This document shows positions 47,301 through 62,722 of a stretch of DNA of 64,000 nucleotides, piece after piece (position 1 is the first letter of the stretch; each line of letters begins with the position of its first letter). The notes beneath the pieces were generated by a model. The model did not search any database. It was not told where the DNA came from and saw only the letters and a list, made by a program, of their open reading frames with translations. Source of the DNA: the human T2T-CHM13v2.0 reference genome, Homo sapiens; NCBI RefSeq assembly GCF_009914755.1, contig NC_060928.1, one strand, 5' to 3'. The translations under genes were made by a program, and so were the position numbers.

Positions 47301-48487
47301 TTATCGCAAAGTAATGGCAGCCCAGATAGGTTATATGATTGGGCATCCTGGTTTATGCAGCATGCTGGCCCTGTGAGACAAACTCATTTTCATCTTTATG
47401 ACAACAGGATGTATTTTAAGGATACAACTCTTATTCCAACAATATCCTCTCTTTACACTGACCAGTATAGTCACACAACCGTTATTTGTGTAATGCAATG
47501 CTTTCTCATAGTATTACAGAAATGTATAACATCTTCATTATCCAACAATATAAAGCACCATCCAGCATTCATTTTGCCAGGAGCATTAAGAAAATCTTCA
47601 AGGCCTCTGTGTGGAGAAAACCACTCTCTGTTTAGCGTATCCTCTTGAACATCAAACTTGTCTGGTTCTCAAAGGGACGATTTCCAAACCAGGTTAAAAA
47701 ATGTAGTACCTCTTTTATTTTTATCACCCTAGTGGCTATCATCTTCACATCCCTTTTGGGCTTAACTATCCTTTAAATATTTTTCTTGCCTTTCTTGGAG
47801 CATTTTTTTTCTAAGGCATTACTGAATTCCATGCCAGCTGTGCTATCAAAGAACACATAATGGAATGTATGGAATAAGCTGCTCTTATGCAATTTGCCTT
47901 GTCCTTGTCAATTGCAGGCATTACTCTCATGAATTATTTAAACTTCTACTGTCCTGGAGTGAGCCCAGTAGAGCTTCAAGTATTCACAAACAAGTCTCTT
48001 GAAGTATTCCTTAAAGAATCATACTCTCAGTGGTAGTGAGTGAAGTAAAGTGGCAGCAGCAGTTGTAGGATCAAAATAAACATTGGGCCAAAGTCCTGAA
48101 CTGAGGCTCTTGGGAGATTTGGACATTTCTACAACTGATGCTCACTGGCATCTAACTTGAAAGCACTTTTTATTCAAGGAAAGAGGCTGGTCAATCAGGA
48201 AGCAAAGCAAAAGTGTAACAACAATTTTAACAAGAAACATTTTCTAGGTGCTTATGTACCATGAACAATGTTCATTCTGGAAAATCCCATGATATGTTTA
48301 TTATTTTTATTTTTTGAGATGAGGAGACTGAAGCACAGAGACATCAAGTTGCCAAATTGAGATTACCCAGAAAGTGGTAGAGCTGAAACAGGCAGCGATT
48401 TTTTTTCAACCTGCATAGCATTCAACTTGTCGGAGCTGGGCATGGCAAATGTGGAGTAGATTTCTAAGGGAAAACCTGTGCTGGTGA

Positions 48488-48888
48488 TGTGATAGATGCT
48501 GTAGGACTCTGCCAAGATCTCCTTGAGGGACTGAGATGCTCATTTCTCCAGCTCTTGGGAGTGTTGGCAGCTGGCGACTCTCAGCTGAGTTCTTCTCTGG
48601 TCATTGTCCTCAGCAGAGAAGAGCCAAATCACGTAAGGCCACATCCTGTTCCTGGGGCATCCAGAATCTAAACACTTGCCCAGGGGCAGATGGGAGTATA
48701 AAGGCCAGGCCCCTTTGCCTTAAGGCTGGACAACTCTGCAAGACCATCTCAGCTCCAGAGCACTATGCGGGATCCTGGGATCCGACTGCCTGTCTACATT
48801 TCTTTCCTCCCTCACCACTACTGAGGCCAAAGGCTCTTCCAGTAATCTTCTGCACACCCATCTTCAGCTCAGAAGACTGAACTAAGAC
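48488..48888 (+). mobile_element. LTR16-family (ERVL) LTR
   Basis: 'tgtgatagatgctgtagg..ctgccaagatctcctt', 'gggagtataaaggccaggccc', ends 'aactaagac'. Confidence 0.7.
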
Positions 48889-48891
48889 TTC

Positions 48892-49080
48892 TAGTGTGGT
48901 GGAAAGAGCCTGGGTTTCAGAGTCAGAAGACGTGGCTTTCCCTCCTGGCTCCAACACTTCCTTTCCAACTGTAAGAAATTGGGTACAGTGTATTACGTTC
49001 CTGAGCCTCGGTTTCATTATCCATTCAGTGGAAATGATGATATTCCAGGATGTTTTTAGGATGAAGTAAGATCAATGTAT
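48892..49080 (+). mobile_element. MIR SINE
   Basis: 'tagtgtggtggaaagagcctgggtttcagagtcaga...ctgagcctcggtttc'. Confidence 0.8.
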
Positions 49081-49481
49081 AAGATATAGTGAATGAATCA
49101 ACCCATGGTAGCCTCCACTCAGCACTGTTCATGGACTGATGAGGAGCACGGAATGCAATCTCAGCAGGAGCTTGGTTTAGAAAGGAGAGAAGCCAGCAGC
49201 TTCTCTGGTGAGGGCCAGTGGGGTAGTTTAGAAGGCAGTTGGCCTAAGCAGCATTCCCAGCCCTCTTCAGTGTGAGATACATAGCCATGATTGTCAGCCC
49301 GAGCAACTTTACTTAATGGCTTGGCTTCATAGACATTTTCTAAGCTTGGTATGTGCTAACATTTTCATGAATTTGTGTGTATATGTATATATTTATAATA
49401 GATAAATCTTCCCTTTTGATTTTCCCTTATAAAAGCACATGGGGTAGAGTGGAGGGGAAGAGAGAGTAAGAGAGTTAAGAG

Positions 49482-49488
<7 letters not shown>

Positions 49489-49520
<32 letters not shown>
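49489..49520. repeat. (GA)16 microsatellite
   Basis: Pure gagaga run within a purine-rich tract. Confidence 0.95.
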
Positions 49521-49526
<6 letters not shown>

Positions 49527-50534
49527 TTAATCTAGGAGACCTTTTGACGATGACCATCAGTAAGAAGTACATTTTACCTTACTGCTTGATACACACATAC
49601 ATACAAAGACACATGCAATCAAAATATAAGTTTCGGGAATGAGTGCATGCTTTTATAATGTGCAATGCACTATGTTTTTTTTTAAAGAATTTACTATTTA
49701 TTGTTATACACATTAATAAAAATTGCACGGATGGTATGACTTGATTTTGACTTTGGGCAGTCCACTTTGGGACCTAGTTTCTCTAGAATGAAAAGGTTTA
49801 TACTAAACATTACCTCTTAACATCCTTTTGCTAAAAAAAAAAAAACTTTTATTTTATATTCAGGGGTACATGTGCAGGTTTGTTACATAGGTAAATGTGT
49901 GTATCAGGGGGTTTGTTGTGCAGATTATTTTGTCACCTCGGTATTAAGCCTAGTACTCAGTAGTTATTTTTCCTGATCCTCTCTTTCCTACCACCGTCTA
50001 CCTCTGATAGGCCCCAGTGTGTATTGTTCCTCTTTATGTGTCCATGTGTTCTCATTATTTAGCTCCCACTTATAAGTGAGAACATGCTGTATTTGGTTTT
50101 CTGTTCCTGTGTTAGTTTACTACGGATAGTGACCTCCAGCTCCATCCATGTTCCTGCAAAGAACATGATCTTTTTCTTTTTTATGGCTGTATAATATTCC
50201 ATGGTGTATATGTATTACATTTTTTTTTCCAGTCTACCATTGATGGACTTTTAGATTGATTCCATGTCTTTGCTATTGTGAATAGTGCTGCAATGAACAT
50301 ATGCATTCATGTGTCTTTATAATAAAATGATTTATATTCCTTTACGTATATAGCCAGTAATGCAATTTCTGGGTCAGATAGTATTTCTGTCTTTAGGGCT
50401 TTGAGGAATTGCCACACTGTCTTTCACAATGGTTCAACTAATTTACACTCCCATCAACAGTTTATATGCATTCCTTTTTCTCCACAACCTTGCCAACATC
50501 TGTTATTTTTTGAGTTTGCAATAATAGCCATTCT

Positions 50535-51016
<482 letters not shown>

Positions 51017-54000
51017 TTAAGTTCCTTATAGATGCTAGATATTAGATCTTTGTCAGATGCATAGTTATGAAAATTTTTTCTCCCATTCTGTAGCTTGTTG
51101 GTTTACTCTGTTGATAGTTTCTTTTGCTGTGCAGAAGCTCTTTAGTTTAATTAGATTCCATTTGTCAATTTTTGCTTTTATTGCAATTGCTTTTGGCATC
51201 TTGGTCATGAAATCTTTGCCCGTGCCTATGTCCTGAGTGGTATTATATAGATTATCCTCCAGGGTTTTTATAGTTTTGTGTTTTACATTTAAGTCTTTAA
51301 TTTATCTTGAGTTAATTTTTGTATATAGTGTAAGGAAGGTGTCGAGTTTCAATCTTCTGTATATGGCTAGCCAGTTATCCCAACACTGTTTATTGAACAG
51401 GGACTCCTTTCCCCATTACTTGTTTTTGTCAGGTTTGTCGAAGATCAGATAGTTGTAGGTGTGTGGTCTTATATCTAGGTTCTCTATTCTGTTCATTGGT
51501 CTATGTGTCTGTTCTTTTACCAGTAGCATGCTGTTTTGGTTACTGTAGTCCTGTAGTATAGTTTGAAGTTGGGTAGCATGATGCCTCTAGCTTTGTTCTT
51601 TTTGCTTAGGGTTGTCTTGACTATTTGGGCTCTTTCTTGGTTTCACATGAATTTTAAAATAGTTTTTCTGGTGCTGTGAAGAATATCAATGGTAGTTTAA
51701 TGGGAATAGCATTGAATCTATAAATTGTTTTGGGCAATGTGGCCATTTTAACAATATTGATTCTTTCTAGCCATGAGCGTGGAATGTTTTTCCATTTGTT
51801 TGTGTCATTTCTAATTTCTTTGAACAGTGGTTTGTAGTTCAGCTTGAAGAGATCTTTCACATCCCTAGTTAGCTGTATTCCTAGGTATTTTATTCTTTTT
51901 GTGGCACTTTTGTGATTTGGCTCTTGGCTTACCTGTTGTTGGTGTATAGGAATGCTAGCGATTTTTGCACATTGATTTTGTATCCTGAGACTTTGCTGAC
52001 ATTGTTTATCAGCTTAAGAAGCTTCTGGGCTGAGAGAATGGGGTTTTCTAGATATAGGATCATGTCATCTGCAAACAGGGATAGTTTGACTTTCCCTCTT
52101 CCTATTTGGATGCCTTTTATTTATTTCTCTTGCCTGATTGCTCTGACCAGGACTTCCAATACTATGTTGAATAGGAGTGGTGAGACAGAGCGTCTTTGTC
52201 TTGTGCCGTTTTTCAAGGGGAATGCTTCCAGCTTTTGCCCATTTAGTATGTTGTTGGCTGTGGGTTTGTCATGGATGGCTCTTATTATTTTGAGGTGTGT
52301 TCCCTCAATATCTAGTTTATTGAGAGTTTTTAACATGAAGGGATGTTGAATTTTATCAAAAGTCTTTTCTGCATCTACTAGATGATAATGTGGTTTTTGT
52401 TTTTAGTTCTGTTTGTGTGATGAATCACATTTATTGATTCACTATGTTGAACTAACTTTGCATGCCAAGCATGAAGCCTACTGCATCATGGTGAATAAGC
52501 TTTTCGATGTGCTGCTGGATTAAGTTTGCCCATATTTTGTTAAGGATTTTTGCACTGACATTGCCTGAAGTTTTTTATTTTTTTATTTTATTATTATTAT
52601 TTTTTGTATCTCTGCTAGGTTTTTGTATCAGGATGATACTGGTCTCATAGAGTGCGGTAGGGAGGGGTCCCTCCTTTTCAATTTTTTGGAATAGTTTCAG
52701 TAGGAATGGTACCATCTCTTCTTTGTACCTCTGGTGGAATTCAGCTGTGAATTCATCTGGTCCTAGGCTTTTTTCGGTTGGTAGGCAATTTATTACTGCC
52801 TCAATTTCAGAACTCATTTTCAGTCTGCTCAAGGATTCAATTTCTTTCTGGTTCAGTCTTGGGAGGGTGTATGTGTCCAGGAATATATTAATTTCTTTTA
52901 GATTTTCTAGTTTATGTGCATAGAGGTGTTTATAATATTCTCTGATGAGTGCTTGTATTTCTGTGGGGTTGGTGGTAATATCTCCTGTATCATTTCTGAT
53001 TGGGTTTATTTGGATCTTCTCTTTTTCTTCTTTATTAGTGTATGTAGAGGTCTATCTATTTTATTAATTTTTTCAAAAAACCAGCTCCTGGATTTGTTGA
53101 TTTTTTTGAATGATTTTTCATGTCTCTGTCTCCTTCAGTTCTGCTCTGATTTTGGTTATTTATTGTCTTCTGCTAGCTTTGGGATTTATTTGTTCTTGGT
53201 TCTCTAGTTCTTTTAGTTGTGATGTTAGGTTGCTAACTTGAGATCTTTCTAATTTTTTGATGTGGATGTTTAGTGCTATAAATTTCCCTCTTAACACTGC
53301 CTAATCTGCGTCCCAGAGATTCTGGTATGTTGTCTCTTTGTTCTCACTGGTTTCAAAGAACTTCTTGATTTCTGCCCTAATTTCATTATTTACCCAAAAG
53401 TCATTCAGGAGCAAGTTATTCAATTTACATGTAATTGTATGGTTTTGAGTAAACTTCTTAATCTTGAGTCCTAATTTGGTTATGCTGTGGTCTGAGAGAC
53501 TGTTATGATTACAATTCTTTTGCATTTGCTGAGGAAAATTTTACCGTTGATTATGTGATCAATTTTAGAGTAAGTGCAATGTGGTGATGCAAAGAAAGTA
53601 TATTCTGTTGTTTTGGGGTGAGGAGATCTCTAGATATCTATCAGGTCCATTTGGTCTAGGGCTGAGTTCAGGTCTTGAATATCTTTGTTAATTTTCTGTC
53701 TCAGTGATCTGTCTAAGATTGTCAGTGGGCTGTTAAAGTCTCCCACTATTATTATGCGGGAGTCTAAGTCTCTTTGAAGGTCTCTTAGAACTTGCTTTTT
53801 GAATCTGGGTGCTCCTGTGTTGGGTGTATATATATTTAGCATATTTAGATCTTCTTGTTGAATTGAACCCTTTACTCTTATACAATGTCCTTTTTTGTCT
53901 TTTTTGATCTTTGTTGGTTTAAAGTCTGTTTTGTGAGAAACTAGGATTGCAATCCTTGCTTTTTTTCTGTTTTCCATTTGCTTGACAGATTTTCCTCCAT

Positions 54001-54217
54001 CCCTTTATTTTGAGCCTATGTGTGTCACTGAATGTGGGATAGGTCTCTTGAAGACAGCAGGCCAATGGGTCTTGGTTCTTTATCTAGCTTGCTACTCTGT
54101 GTCTTTTAAGTGGGGCAGTTAGCCCATTTACCTTTAAGGTTAATATTGATATGTGTGGATTTTATCCTGTCATCATAATCTTAGCTGGTTATTTTGCAGT
54201 TTTTATGTGGTTGCTTT

Positions 54218-54710
54218 TTTTAAAATTTTATTATTATTATACTTGCAGTTTTAGGGTACATGTGCACAATGTGCAGGTTTGCTACATATGTATACATGTG
54301 CCATGTTGGTGTGCTGCACCCATTAAGTCATCATTTAGCATTAGGCATATCTCCTAATGCTATCCCTCCCCGCTCCCCCAACCCCACAACAGTCCCCAGT
54401 GTGTGATGTTCCCCTTCCTGTGTCCATGTGTTCTCATTGTTCAATTCCCACCTATGAGTGAGAAATCATGCTGCTATAAAGACACATGCACACGTATGTT
54501 TATTGTGGCACTATTCACAATAGCAAAGGCTTGGAACCAACCCAAATGTCCAACAATGATAGACTGGATTAAGAAAATGTTGCACATATATACCATGGAA
54601 TACTATGCAGCCATAAAAAATGATGAGTTCATGTCCTTTGTAGGGACATGGATGAAACTGGAAACCATCATTCTCAGCAAACTATCGCAAGGACAAAAAA
54701 CCAAACACTG
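54218..54710 (-). mobile_element. Younger L1PA (PA3/4-like) 3' fragment with twin-priming inversion, nested in the older L1
   Basis: Antisense 3' end 54218-~54464 joined to a sense segment ~54465-54710. Perfect 14-bp TSD tatgtggttgcttt (54204-54217 / 54711-54724). Confidence 0.93.
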
Positions 54711-57124
54711 TATGTGGTTGCTTTATAGTGTCACTGGTCTGTGTACTTCAGTGTGTTTTTGTAGTGGTTGGTAACAGCCTTTTCTTTCCACATTTAGTGT
54801 TTCCTTTGGGAGCTCCTGTAAGGCAGATCTTGTAACAAATTCCCTCAGGATATAAAGGATCTTATTTCTCTGCTTATGAAGCTTAATTTGGCTGGATATG
54901 AAATTCTTGGTTGGAATTTCATTTCTTTAAGAATGCTGAATATTGGGTCCCAATCTCCTTTGGCTTATAAGCTTTCTGTTGAGAGGTCCACTATTTGTCT
55001 GATAGGCTTCCCTTTGTAGGTGACCTGGCCTTTCTCTCTAGCTACATTTTTCCTTTCATTTTGACCTTGGAGAATCTGATGATTATGTGTCTTGGGGATG
55101 ATGTTCTCGTGGAGTGTCTTACTGGGGTTCTCCACATTTCCTGAATTTGAATGTTGGCCTATTTAGTTAGGTTGGGGAAGTTCTCATGGATATCATAAAA
55201 TATGTTTTCTTAATTGGTTCCATTCTCCCCGTCTCTTTGGTAAACCAATCAGTCATAGATTCGGTCTTTATGTAATCCTATGTTTCTTGGAGGTTTTTTT
55301 CATGTTCACGTCTTTTGATTCTTTTTTCTCTATTCTTGTCTGCCTGTCTTATTTCAGAAAGACAGTCTTCGGGCTCGAGATTATCTCCTCCACTTGGTCT
55401 ATCCTGCTATTAATACTGTGAATACATTATAAAATTATTGTATTGTGTTTTTCAGCTCTATCAATTCAGTTACAGTCTACTCTATACTAGCTATTTTATC
55501 TGTCAGCCTCTGGAATGTCTTATCACCATTTTTAGCTTCCTTGCATTGGGTTACAACATGCTCCTTTGGCTCAGTGAAGTTTGTTTTTATCCATATTTTG
55601 AATTCTACTTCTGTCATTTCAGCTATCTCAGCCTTAGCCCAGTTCCAAACCCTTGCTGGAGAGGTAATACGGTCATTTGGAGGCAAGAGTCAGCCACCTT
55701 GGCCCTAAATGGCCCACTGTATTCTTTCCTGTTCAGTCCATTCCACTCCACTCTGTTCCATTCTGTTTTGGAGGAGAGACCAATCTGAATGTGCCCAGAG
55801 ACTTGTTTTCTTTCCTTTTAGCTTAGTAGAGAGCTGGCTCAGCAGATCTTAGTCATGCAATGAAAGAGCAGGGCTGAGCTCCATAGTCTCCTCATCATTT
55901 CCTCAAGCAGGCAGCCCCTGCAGCTACATGGTTCCTCAATGTAAGTATGCAGAGTGTCATGTGTGTCATGGGGTATATCTATAACTACAGATTCACTTGC
56001 TGGGTACATCCAGTTCAGTCAACTCAGCAGGATAACGAGAGCCTAGGAATAGGATCTCATGCACATTACTCTTTCTCTGCTTGTGCATTTTTTTCCCCGC
56101 AAATCCTATTTTGTATTTACGTTGCATGGTAATGGTGGGAGGTGTATTTGTGTCCCCTTTGCATGCCAATTTCATTTTAAGAAGGACTGTTAGCCTCATC
56201 AAATCAAAAGTGTTATATCCCACAGCTTAAAAAAAAAGCCCCTCTGATCCAGCTAGTTGTACCCTTACTGGAAGCAATATGACAAGAAAACCTGAAGCAC
56301 TTGTTTGGAGCACAATTCCCTGGATGAGAAGAATTGTGCTCTTCCTTTACATTTGTTAATTCTCAAAAGGGAGCTTGGCCAATGGATCTTGTGGCAAAGA
56401 AAGCTTAATTTCTGCTTTTGGTCAAGCCAATCCACATACATTTTTGTTCACCTGCATGTGGGTCCAAGACTACATTTCAGTGAGCTCCTGTCATCTGAGA
56501 CTCTCAGCTGGGGCAGGGCTGTGCATGCATAGCAAAGCCACCCGGGGAGATGCTTCTGCCTACACTTGTCTCACCAGGGGTAGGATTCAAAATATCTAGT
56601 AATGGGTCTGAAGACAGATGCTTGCTGGAATAATGGAGAAAGGCCTTGCTTTGCCAGGCATTCACGGAGTTCATTTGCTGGGTCATAGAAAAGTGGGAAA
56701 GGGGCTGCTGTCATGAGGGTGAGAGCTGGGAGCATAGGCTGTTTACCTTGCTGTCTCTCCTCCTGGGGAGCTTGTGCCCCACACACATCCTCCACCTCTG
56801 GCAAACTGTGAGACACATCAGAATTGGCTGGAGAGGGGTGTTAGGAAGAGGTTCATCAGGTGTTTCTGGCTTGTCCCTCCTGACTCCAGTGATGAGGACC
56901 CCCGTTGCAGAGCAATAAAACACTACCCAAAATGGGGAGAAGCCTTCTCCCACTCTGTAATTGGGTCGTCTTGGCCAAAGAATGTAGATTATAGTGTGGA
57001 ATGGAGAAAACTGTGGGAATCAGTTGTGGCAGGTGAGGGTAAGGAAGCAAAATGAGAGTTTTGAAAAAAGTTCTTCATGTCCTTCTGCCACTTTGAGTCC
57101 TATGGTAAGGTACCTTGAAAATGT

Positions 57125-57684
<560 letters not shown>

Positions 57685-57807
57685 ATTGCTTTAGATTATG
57701 AATACTTTCCTGTGTCCCCATCATTTTATTTTTTTGTCGAAGGGTCAAACCCTTTTGTTTTTCATACATAATAACATGGAAACACTTAATAATGTCCATA
57801 CTTTTGA

Positions 57808-58428
<621 letters not shown>

Positions 58429-59285
58429 GCGTAGTAATTAAAGAGATGCAATTCTTTTTTTTTTTTTCTTTCATTGCCTTGGTAAGACCACCAGAGAGAA
58501 GACTGTTAGAAAGAGTTACTAGATGATGAAAAAATGGAGGTTCTACTGGATATTGATTAAAGAGCAATGCTTCGATGCTTAACTTCATAATTTATTAACA
58601 AATAAGGATCAACAGCAATATATTAAAAAGTCTTAGGTGTTTCCAAGGTCAGTGTTAGTGATGGAGTCCACACTGAGCCCTTTTCAGAAATGAAATATGG
58701 AAAAGTTTACATGGCCTTATTCAACACACTCTCAATTCAGTGTCAGCTTGCCCCATTCCTTGTCCTGTTCTTGGCTAGGTTTCTCTTCCCTCCTTCCAAA
58801 CAATGTTTGCTGGGAGATGCAAAGTACTTTATCCTAAACAAAACATAATGGAGGAAAGGGAAGCAACTGGGAAAATAATAGTAATCAAATGACGCATTCC
58901 CAAGCTTTTGGATGCTCTGGTGTTTTGAATGATCATGCCCTGGTGCCCTCCTCTGGTAAGCAATTGAAAGCTGGCTGGGGGGAGGGCGTTTGCTGACCTT
59001 AGAAGCACAGAACCACTCAGAGAGAACGGAATGCCTTTTGTATCCAAGGAACAAACAGTAGTTAGCCTCTCAGCACTTAACAGCCACAGTGAGGTGAAGG
59101 TTACCAGAGAAAGCTGGAAAAAATATTGTAAGATTTGCTGGGAAACCTCAATTATCAAAGCTGTTTGGATTACACAAAAAGGAATTAATTTTTTTTCGAG
59201 GAGTGTGATTTTTCTTTCTTTCTTTTTTATTGGTACCCATTTCTTGTTGCTCCTTTCTTCTATTAAACATGTACATGCATGTGTG

Positions 59286-59288
<3 letters not shown>

Positions 59289-59322
<34 letters not shown>
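59289..59322. repeat. (AC)17 microsatellite
   Basis: Pure acacac run. Confidence 0.97.
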
Positions 59323-59325
<3 letters not shown>

Positions 59326-60269
59326 TTTCTGCTGAATCTGCATTTTCTGTCCTGAAACGTAGGGAGATGGAATGGGCCAGCCTTTGCCCAAGTTCTGTCT
59401 GCTCAAGATGAGCTCTGTCTTATCAGATATTTCTGTCTACATATTACTTACTCCTGATATCTGCTACAAAAAAATAGGAATTTGAAAATATCTTTCAAAA
59501 TATCTTTTTTTAAAATAAGACTGCGTAGGATTAATTTTCCCCCATAACAGAGTATTATATACCTGCCTACCTTAGAAAAACTTGAATTTAAACAAAAGAA
59601 AGTGGAAAGGAGAAAAAGAAAAGAGAGTGAATGAGAGACAGAGAGAGAAACAGACAGAGAGAGACTGAGGAGGAGCCTATGTAGGTTTCTACCATCTCAA
59701 GGTGACCGCCAATAGGCCTTTGATAAACGTTGTATGGTACAGAGTTTTGCAGTTGATATAACATATTGGAGGCTAACCTCATTTATCTTCGCTCCCTTTG
59801 TATTCTCAGCAGAGCCTAGTACAAAGTAAGAGCTCTATAAATATTTGTTGAATGTTAATTATTTTTACTGTAATTGTATGTTACTTAAAATGAACTAGTG
59901 AATAAAAGGAATTGGCCAGCCACAAGTAGGATCACAGAATGCTGTAAGCAATCATTTTGGCTAACTCTTCATTTATTGAGGAGGGGCATCAGGCGTGGAG
60001 CTCTTTAGATACTTGCCAAGGTCTAAAGTGGCAGAGCCAGTAGACAGACCCACCTCTTTGAATCCCAGTATTTTCATAATCAATCATTTATAATCTAAAA
60101 TCCTTCTGATTGCAGCTTCTCAGAAATGCCAAATGATGTTTGTTTATTTAAAATCACTTTTATCCTTTAAGCTTCCAAGAAAGTTTGAAGATAAAGGCAA
60201 CATTTGTCTTTGAATTTCCCTTTATCATTGGTTTTAAGGCCTTACAGCACATCCTATTCACTCTTGGGG

Positions 60270-60415
60270 ATTAAAAAAATTCAGATGCCCAGGTCATTAC
60301 CCACATTTCCTGAATCAGAATGTCCAGGACCCAGATACTGATATTTTAAGAAACACCTCCCAGGTGATTATAATACTCAGTGATTATAATACTCAGTGAT
60401 GTTGGGAACCACTGC
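60270..60415. mobile_element. MER5A-like hAT fragment
   Basis: 'tgaatcagaat', 'ctcccaggtgatt.taat', 'ttgggaaccactg'. Confidence 0.75.
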
Positions 60416-60699
60416 TCTGGATAGTAAACTTTCTTTCTTTGACAGTAGTTCCAAAGTCCACTTCCCACTGAGCTGAATTTGATGTTCTCACTCTTTGTGA
60501 AAATGTCATACCATCATAACATTCCATGACTTTCCATCAGGTTGGTACATTATTAGGGTGTATAAATGGAAACTTTCTTTGACTTTTTTGGTGAAGTCAA
60601 CAAAAACCAACTTCCAATATTTATTCTCCTCTCTTTCTTCATGAAAGTTTTCTGCTGCTCCATGTGGCTGCTCCACAAAAAACCACACCTCCAGCCTCT

Positions 60700-60925
60700 T
60701 TTGTGCCTAGCTTTAGCCATGTGACTTGGTCTGGCCAATGGGATGTGAAAGAAAGTAATCTGTGTAAATTTGGATTGCACCTTTAAAAGAAAAGAAACTT
60801 GCCCTCCCTTTCTCTCATTCCTACTTGATTCATGCCAACTCTCATCGAGACTATTATGTGACAGAGAAATAAACATCTATCTTATTTAAGTCCCTGTAGT
60901 TTCGTCCCTTGTTGCAGCTCAACTA
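60700..60925 (+). mobile_element. Old MLT1 (MLT1J-like) LTR fragments
   Basis: 'gccatgtgacttg.tctggccaatgggatgtga' and 'gagaaataaacatctatctt.tttaag'. Confidence 0.6.
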
Positions 60926-62284
60926 GTGCAACAGTCTGATAAAGTCTAAATTATAACTCTGGATTTCCTGGATCTCATTTCCTTTGTTTATTACCCATGA
61001 CATAACACATAATGAAGTCTTTCAGGGCTAGAATCAAGTCTCTGGCATTTTTTTCTAGTTCTGAAAGCCTGACAATGCTAGCCACACCTATCTATCCAAT
61101 AACTATATGTCAACCAATGCCAGTCTGTCTACACACCAAAATAAAAAAAAAGGGGGACATACAATTTCATTCTAAGACAGTGATATGAATCATAGAAGGA
61201 CATCGTGACTGAGATGATCACTCAGTCATAGAAATCCATATTCTCTTCTTCTGGAGCACACAGTTGAATTACATTTCCCGGCTTCTCTGCATCTAGGGGT
61301 GGCCGCATGACTGAATTTTTGGTTCATTCTGTTAGATCAATATATCTTTAAATCTCTTTACCTGCATTCACATTGTTTACCACTCTAACTTCTGTTTCTA
61401 TCTTTCTTCTCTACTTAGGTTAACTTCCCTTGGAGTCCACCAAAATTGGTGTTCTTAAAATCAACCTCATGCTTCCTCTAAATTGAGAAACGCTTTTCCC
61501 CACTGCGTCCTGTCACCCTATCACAATGTTCCAGCCATGTCCAACATTCATCTTTGGGTTGCATTTAGAGAGAAACTGTTGATTCAGAAAACTAAGTTCA
61601 CACTAATGTGCGTGCTTTCTACTTCCAATTAATTTTTCGTTGTTCTTTTCTGCAGTATTGTTTTTATATACTTCTTATTTCCAGCCTGTCTTGGGCTGTA
61701 TGCCACATTTCCGGCCTTGGGAAAAGTATGTCTGAAAGAGCATAGGAATATCTTTTACAACATTCTGCTTTCTCTGACAACATAATGCCAGCTGCAATCT
61801 TTGTTTCTGTTTGTTCTTCAATTGTCCTTAGAGTAGGAGCATTTGTGTATTTCTAACTTGGGTATTCTCTTCCATTGTCAGATGCCAATTATAGCGTATG
61901 TTGGTGGAACTAAAACTAAAACATGTAACCAAATCAATGAATGCTCATTAATAAAATGGAAAGTACAAAACTTGAAGCATAGGTATCATTTCTAGCAGCT
62001 TACTTCTTTGCAAAATAAAAGATCGACTGTGTAAGGAGGTACTCATGTTAGTGCCCAGCATACAGTTTTAAATGTCAGATGCTCATAAAGTGGCCTTCAA
62101 AACTCATTTTGCCTATATACAGACTAATTTTGTCAGAGTGTGAATTTACTTTGCCTGCTGCTAACAGAAGAAATCTCAACTCTTTAATGTGGCCCACCTC
62201 GATCTACCCCCACTGGGGTGTCCAGGCTACTTCCGCAACATTGCCTGGGTGCCTCTCTGTTCACCTTCACCTAAGGATACTACT

Positions 62285-62722
62285 GGTATTATTTAGGGTA
62301 ACACAAGCTCCTGTCACAAGTAGACCCCAATGCAGAATGATTCAAACACAGTAGAAGTTCATATATGTTTTACTCACTAAAGAATCCAACGTAGGTGCTC
62401 CTGGTAGGCAGGAGAGCTCTCCTCCATGAGGTCTAGTCGAGAGTCAAACTGATGAGAGCTCTGCGGTCTTCAGCACGCAGCATCCAGAGCTGCCCTGGTC
62501 ATCTTTGTTCCAGCCAGTTAGAGGGTAAACTGGACAGAAAGCCCATGTGAGGGGTTTCTGGGCCAGCCCCGTCAGTCATCACTTCTAATCATATTCCATT
62601 AGCTAGAATTTTTAGAAGGGTGGCCATACTGAATTGCACAGGAGTTTTAGGAAAGATAATCTGGCCAAGTGTAGAAGAAGAGGAAATGGATAATTGTGAA
62701 CAGCTAGTAGCTTTTGCTACAC
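62285..62722 (-). mobile_element. Old MLT1 (MLT1K-like) LTR
   Basis: 'catcacttct..tcatattccatt.gctagaa' and 'tggccatactgaattgca' antisense motifs. Confidence 0.6.

Noticed and set aside
49360-49385. Short resemblance to antisense U6 snRNA (ttcatgaatttgtgtgt)
   Set aside because: Under 20 nt with mismatches and no flanking U6 similarity, so a chance match.
52121-53977. Endonuclease and reverse-transcriptase-like ORFs
   Set aside because: Fragmented remnants of a dead L1 ORF2. The same applies to 18851-20106 and 39263-41158.
58743-59411. ORFs of 103-163 aa
   Set aside because: They span or abut the (AC)n microsatellite, overlap on both strands and show no recognisable domain.
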